DNA of 64,000 bases from Oscillospiraceae bacterium. Its GTDB lineage: Bacteria; Bacillota; Clostridia; UBA1212; SIG427. Positions 60,486-64,000 of this stretch are shown one piece after another (within the stretch, counting starts at the first letter, position 1; every line of letters starts with the position of its first letter). The position numbers and the translations under genes are program-made. The notes beneath the pieces are model-generated. The model had not been told where the DNA came from and did not search any database. It worked only from the letters and a program-made list of their open reading frames with translations. The stretch is taken from positions 98,753-162,752 of the forward strand of contig SVJE01000006.1 in assembly GCA_015069135.1 (NCBI GenBank), written 5' to 3'.

Positions 60486-60842
60486 ATGAAAAACGAAATC
60501 ACTTATACCGAACATAACGGACTTTACTACCCCGATCTTGCACTTCCAGAGCAAACAAATCACCCACTTGGAAAGTACGCTAATCTGCGACTCGACTTTA
60601 TGAAAAAGCATCGTCGCGGAACTTACACCACCCTTCTTACTGAAGGACGATTAAACGAATACCTACACGCCATTGATATTCAAGCTCACGAATTGCTCGA
60701 TGACATAATTCTTCGCCTCGCCCAAGAACGCGGCATAGTCGAAGTTCTGAAGGCTCATAACGCACTCCAATGGACTGCCGAGAAGAACAACATCAAAGCA
60801 AGCGCAGAGGAGATTGTTTTGCGGGAGGTGGTCTATCAATGA
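60486..60842 (+). CDS. tnpV: Transposon-encoded TnpV family protein
   Basis: GLYYPDL...LGKYANLRLDFMKKHR...YTTLLTEGRLNEYLHAID...W..EKNNIKASAEEIV. Confidence 0.85.
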   Translation: MKNEITYTEHNGLYYPDLALPEQTNHPLGKYANLRLDFMKKHRRGTYTTLLTEGRLNEYLHAIDIQAHELLDDIILRLAQERGIVEVLKAHNALQWTAEKNNIKASAEEIVLREVVYQ

Positions 60843-61105
60843 GGTCAATCATCAACGAGCTTTGGCATGGAAACATCATACCGCAAGAGGATAGTCGAAC
60901 CAACTCAAAGGAAATGAAAGAACTCCTCGGCTACATGTCACGGCATCATGAGAATTTGGAGAAAAGCTTTACCGACGAGCAGAAAGAAATCTTCGAAAAA
61001 TTCCACGATTGTTGGAGTGAATATATGAGCCTTGGTGAAGCAGCCATCTTTGGATATGCTTTCAAGCTCGGTATGCAAATTGCCATTGAAACATTAACCG
61101 AATAA
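60839..61105 (+). CDS. DUF6809-like small protein
   Basis: gggaggtg RBS, ATGA overlap with tnpV; MRSIINELWHGNIIPQE...AFKLGMQIAIE. Confidence 0.65.
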   Translation: MRSIINELWHGNIIPQEDSRTNSKEMKELLGYMSRHHENLEKSFTDEQKEIFEKFHDCWSEYMSLGEAAIFGYAFKLGMQIAIETLTE

Positions 61106-61278
61106 CGAAAGGCGGCGAGGCTTGTCCTCGCCGCCTTCTCTATACGATTTCACAAACCAACATTATCTCAACTCAAAACATGAACAATCCGACACAAATC
61201 GACAATTGTATCTTAAAATTTTGTAGTAATATGGTATAATATATTTTGTAAAAGTTTATTTTCAAGAAGATATGAAAA

Positions 61279-61473
61279 ATGTCTGAGAGAATTGATATGC
61301 CTAATCGTTGGTATTCCACAAAAGAAATCTGTGCTTATCTTGGTATAAGTCGTGATACGATGCTTGTATGGATTGCCAAAAAGAATATGCCTGCTCACAA
61401 GGTTGGACGCAATTGGATGTTCAAAACAAGCGAGATTGACGAGTGGGTGAGAAAAGGACAGATGTCCGAATAA
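61279..61473 (+). CDS. Excisionase-like HTH (HTH_17) protein
   Basis: WYSTKEICAYLGISRDTMLVWI...PAHKVGRNWMFKTSEIDEWV. Confidence 0.88.
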   Translation: MSERIDMPNRWYSTKEICAYLGISRDTMLVWIAKKNMPAHKVGRNWMFKTSEIDEWVRKGQMSE

Positions 61474-61489
61474 AAGAAAGGTTATTAAA

Positions 61490-62224
61490 ATGAAATCTAA
61501 ATTTGTATTTTTGATATTTTTTATTGGATACATAATAATTATGTTTAGTAATGCTGCAGGATTCATTATCGTTGGCGATGAAATACTTTTGGGATTATCT
61601 TTATCAGCATTACTTATGTCATTAGGGGATTGTGTAACTGGTATCAAAATATCTATGTGTCAGTCTAATCAAATGGCGTATATTACAAAGTGTACATCTT
61701 TTTTTATTGAGGATAGATTTAAGAAAAAAGTTCCAGTGTCAAACACAGGAATTAATATTAGAAATGTGAAGAAGAATCTTGAGATTCAAAATCCTACATA
61801 TCGTAAAGCTAAACATCCTAATGAGTATATTAACACTAAAAAGATCAAGGTGTGTAAATGGGTTGAATTAGTATTTTTCTTCTTATCGATACTTTCTTTT
61901 GTGGTAACTCCATTTTTAAGGATATCGCTTGTTACTATAAAAGCATTAACCATATCGACAACTTTGCTTGCGTTTGGATTTATGTGTTTAAATTTGTTCC
62001 TTTCGGAAATTAATGAGGAACTAAACAAACGACATATTGATTTTATTAATAACACCCAAATACATGTAAGTTCTGCCTATAATGATTTTTCGTACTGGCT
62101 AAATAATCAACTGAATTTTAGAGAGGATTTAAAAGCAGCACAAGAAGAAGCGGAGAGACACGGCACTTGGGGAATTGTAGGAATGGAACCCATTGATCAA
62201 GAAAACGATTTAGATAGCCACTAA
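61490..62224 (+). CDS. Hypothetical membrane protein
   Basis: Four hydrophobic segments; gaaagg RBS. Confidence 0.6.
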   Translation: MKSKFVFLIFFIGYIIIMFSNAAGFIIVGDEILLGLSLSALLMSLGDCVTGIKISMCQSNQMAYITKCTSFFIEDRFKKKVPVSNTGINIRNVKKNLEIQNPTYRKAKHPNEYINTKKIKVCKWVELVFFFLSILSFVVTPFLRISLVTIKALTISTTLLAFGFMCLNLFLSEINEELNKRHIDFINNTQIHVSSAYNDFSYWLNNQLNFREDLKAAQEEAERHGTWGIVGMEPIDQENDLDSH

Positions 62225-62336
62225 CAAAATTTTAAAGCTATAATAGCGAATAATTTTTTGATTGGCAAATAGATGGCATAGTGAGCTCCAATCTCTATTA
62301 AAACTGAAGAATTGGATTTGAAAGTAGTATGATGTT

Positions 62337-64000
62337 ATGAAAGAAAAGAAATACATAATTGATAATGCCGAGCTGATGGCAGAATGGAATTGGGAAAAGA
62401 ATAATGAATTAAAATTCGATCCTAATGCACTAACCCTTGGAAGCAATAAAAAGGTTTGGTGGAAATGTAGTAAAGGGCATGAATGGCAAGCATCGATAGG
62501 TCATAGAACCAAAGGGCGTGGGTGCCCATATTGTTCAGGTAGATATGCTATTAAAGGCGAAAATGATTTGCAAACGGTCAATCCAACTTTAGCCAAAGAA
62601 TGGAATTATGAAAAAAATAATGAATTAACACCAGCGTATGTATTGCCTAATAGTGACAAAAAAGTATGGTGGAAATGTAGTAAAGGGCACGAATGGCAGG
62701 CATCAATAAGTCATAGAAGTCAAGGGCGTGGATGCCCATATTGTTCTGGTAGAAAGACATTAGAAGGTTATAACGATTTACAATCGATTAATCCTGCAGT
62801 AGCAAAAGAATGGAATTATGAAAAAAATAATGGATTAACACCAACAGACGTTACGCCTAATAGTGATATAAAAGCTTGGTGGACGTGTAGTAAAGGACAC
62901 GAGTGGCAAGCTACGATAGGCAGCAGGCATAAAGGAAGCGGCTGCCCATATTGTTCTGGCAGAAAGACATTAAAAGGTTATAACGATTTACAATCGATTA
63001 ATCCTGCAGTAGCAAAAGAATGGAATTATGAAAGAAATGGTAATTTCAAGCCTGAACATTTCACAGCGAGTAGCAATAAAAAAGTATGGTGGAAGTGTAG
63101 TAAAGGACACGAGTGGCAAACTACGATAAACAGCAGAAATGATGGCTGTGGCTGTCCTGTTTGCAGTTCCGAACGAAAAACATCTTTTCCCGAATATGCG
63201 ATTGTGTATTATCTCAAAAAACATGGTTTAGAAGCGATACACACATATAAAGAAAAAGGTTATGAACTTGATGTTTTTATACCTTCAAAAAAAGTTGCAA
63301 TCGAATATGATGGGTATCTTTGGCACAAAAACAGAACAAAACAAGATTTAGATAAAAATTTAAAATGCTTAAATGATGGGATAAAGTTATACAGAATTAG
63401 AGAAGGATTGCACCTGTTAAACGATAGTTCTTTGGATTATGTTGTTCACAAAACTCAAAAAGATTTATCCTTTGTGCTTGAAAAAGTTTTAAGTGAAATA
63501 ATCGGAATGGGCATTCTTGTTGACTTGAATAGAGATGCGATTGCTATAGAAAACTTACGGGAATTAACAGAAAAGGAAAGTTCACTTTTGTTTTCAAATC
63601 CTGAAATTGCAAAAGAATGGAATCATGAAAAAAACGGCAATTTGAAGCCTGAGCATTTTGCATCAAATAGCAATAAAAAAGTGTGGTGGAAGTGTAGCAA
63701 AGGTCACGAGTGGCAATCGAAGATAAGCCATAGAAATAATGGGAGCGGATGTCCATATTGTTCAGGCCAAAAATCTTTAAAAGGTTATAACGATTTACAA
63801 ACTGCTAATCCAATTTTAGCAAAAGAATGGAATTATGAGAAAAACGGTGAAATAACACCGAATATGGTTACTATAGGTAGCACGAAAAAAGTTTGGTGGA
63901 AGTGTGACAAAGGACACGAATGGCAAGCTTCAATAAATAATAGGAGTATAGGGCGTGGATGTCCCTATTGCTCAGGAAGATACGCCATAAAAGGTGAAAA
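62337..64000 (+). CDS. Zinc-ribbon (DUF4379-like) repeat protein with internal Vsr/PD-(D/E)xK-like nuclease domain, 3'-partial (not in ORF track)
   Basis: Hand-translated and open to the window end. At least six ~70-aa repeats (KEWNYEKN...KVWWKCSKGHEWQ...GCPYCSG), four before and two after ELDVFIPSKKVAIEYDGYLWH. Confidence 0.88.
   Translation, partial: MKEKKYIIDNAELMAEWNWEKNNELKFDPNALTLGSNKKVWWKCSKGHEWQASIGHRTKGRGCPYCSGRYAIKGENDLQTVNPTLAKEWNYEKNNELTPAYVLPNSDKKVWWKCSKGHEWQASISHRSQGRGCPYCSGRKTLEGYNDLQSINPAVAKEWNYEKNNGLTPTDVTPNSDIKAWWTCSKGHEWQATIGSRHKGSGCPYCSGRKTLKGYNDLQSINPAVAKEWNYERNGNFKPEHFTASSNKKVWWKCSKGHEWQTTINSRNDGCGCPVCSSERKTSFPEYAIVYYLKKHGLEAIHTYKEKGYELDVFIPSKKVAIEYDGYLWHKNRTKQDLDKNLKCLNDGIKLYRIREGLHLLNDSSLDYVVHKTQKDLSFVLEKVLSEIIGMGILVDLNRDAIAIENLRELTEKESSLLFSNPEIAKEWNHEKNGNLKPEHFASNSNKKVWWKCSKGHEWQSKISHRNNGSGCPYCSGQKSLKGYNDLQTANPILAKEWNYEKNGEITPNMVTIGSTKKVWWKCDKGHEWQASINNRSIGRGCPYCSGRYAIKGE

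Larger units (their letters stand above)
60312..64000. mobile_element. Left edge of a putative element integrated at tRNA-Leu
   Basis: TnpV, DUF6809-like and excisionase-like HTH genes start right after the tRNA, with different codon usage (cgc, ctc, acc). No integrase or second att site within the window. Confidence 0.6.

Noticed and set aside
62337-64000. CRISPR array
   Set aside because: The 210-nt periodic repeats are in-frame coding repeats with no unique spacers and no cas genes.

Overview
Bacillota (Clostridia-type) chromosomal window. Housekeeping genes flank a ~28 kb AT-rich accessory region. Left flank (1-14.2 kb): GH31, cinA, lepB, rdgB, trmL, GH20, BlaI/M56, gap, an L,D-transpeptidase. 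Right flank (51.7-60.3 kb): galM, tRNA-Thr, THF riboswitch-folT-folC, hutP, cmk, plsC, ispH-rpsA, tRNA-Leu. The accessory region (~22.8-51.6 kb, directly after groESL) looks like a hybrid RiPP / acyl-carrier biosynthetic system. (i) An HPr-kinase-like gene, a 61-aa YxxP-leader precursor, PqqD/RRE, a radical SAM-SPASM enzyme, YcaO and an S26 peptidase: lasso-cluster accessory genes with no lasso cyclase. (ii) A nucleotidyltransferase, FkbH, four ACPs, three adenylate-forming ligases and three BtrH/C39-like Cys-His proteins, with no KS or condensation domain; plus an exporter, an extra metK and a LoaP-like antiterminator. (iii) A CcpM-like radical SAM module followed by a 48-aa Cys-containing ORF that the ORF track missed (50369-50515), bracketed by a 26-bp inverted repeat. 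A paralogous satellite cassette (AraC-ABC-BtrH-like-AraC, carrying a fourth BtrH-like gene) lies at 14.2-19.0 kb. After tRNA-Leu a mobile-element edge begins (TnpV, excisionase-like HTH, and a zinc-ribbon-repeat/Vsr-like nuclease ORF running off the window). Family assignments are from motif recognition by eye; no searches were run.
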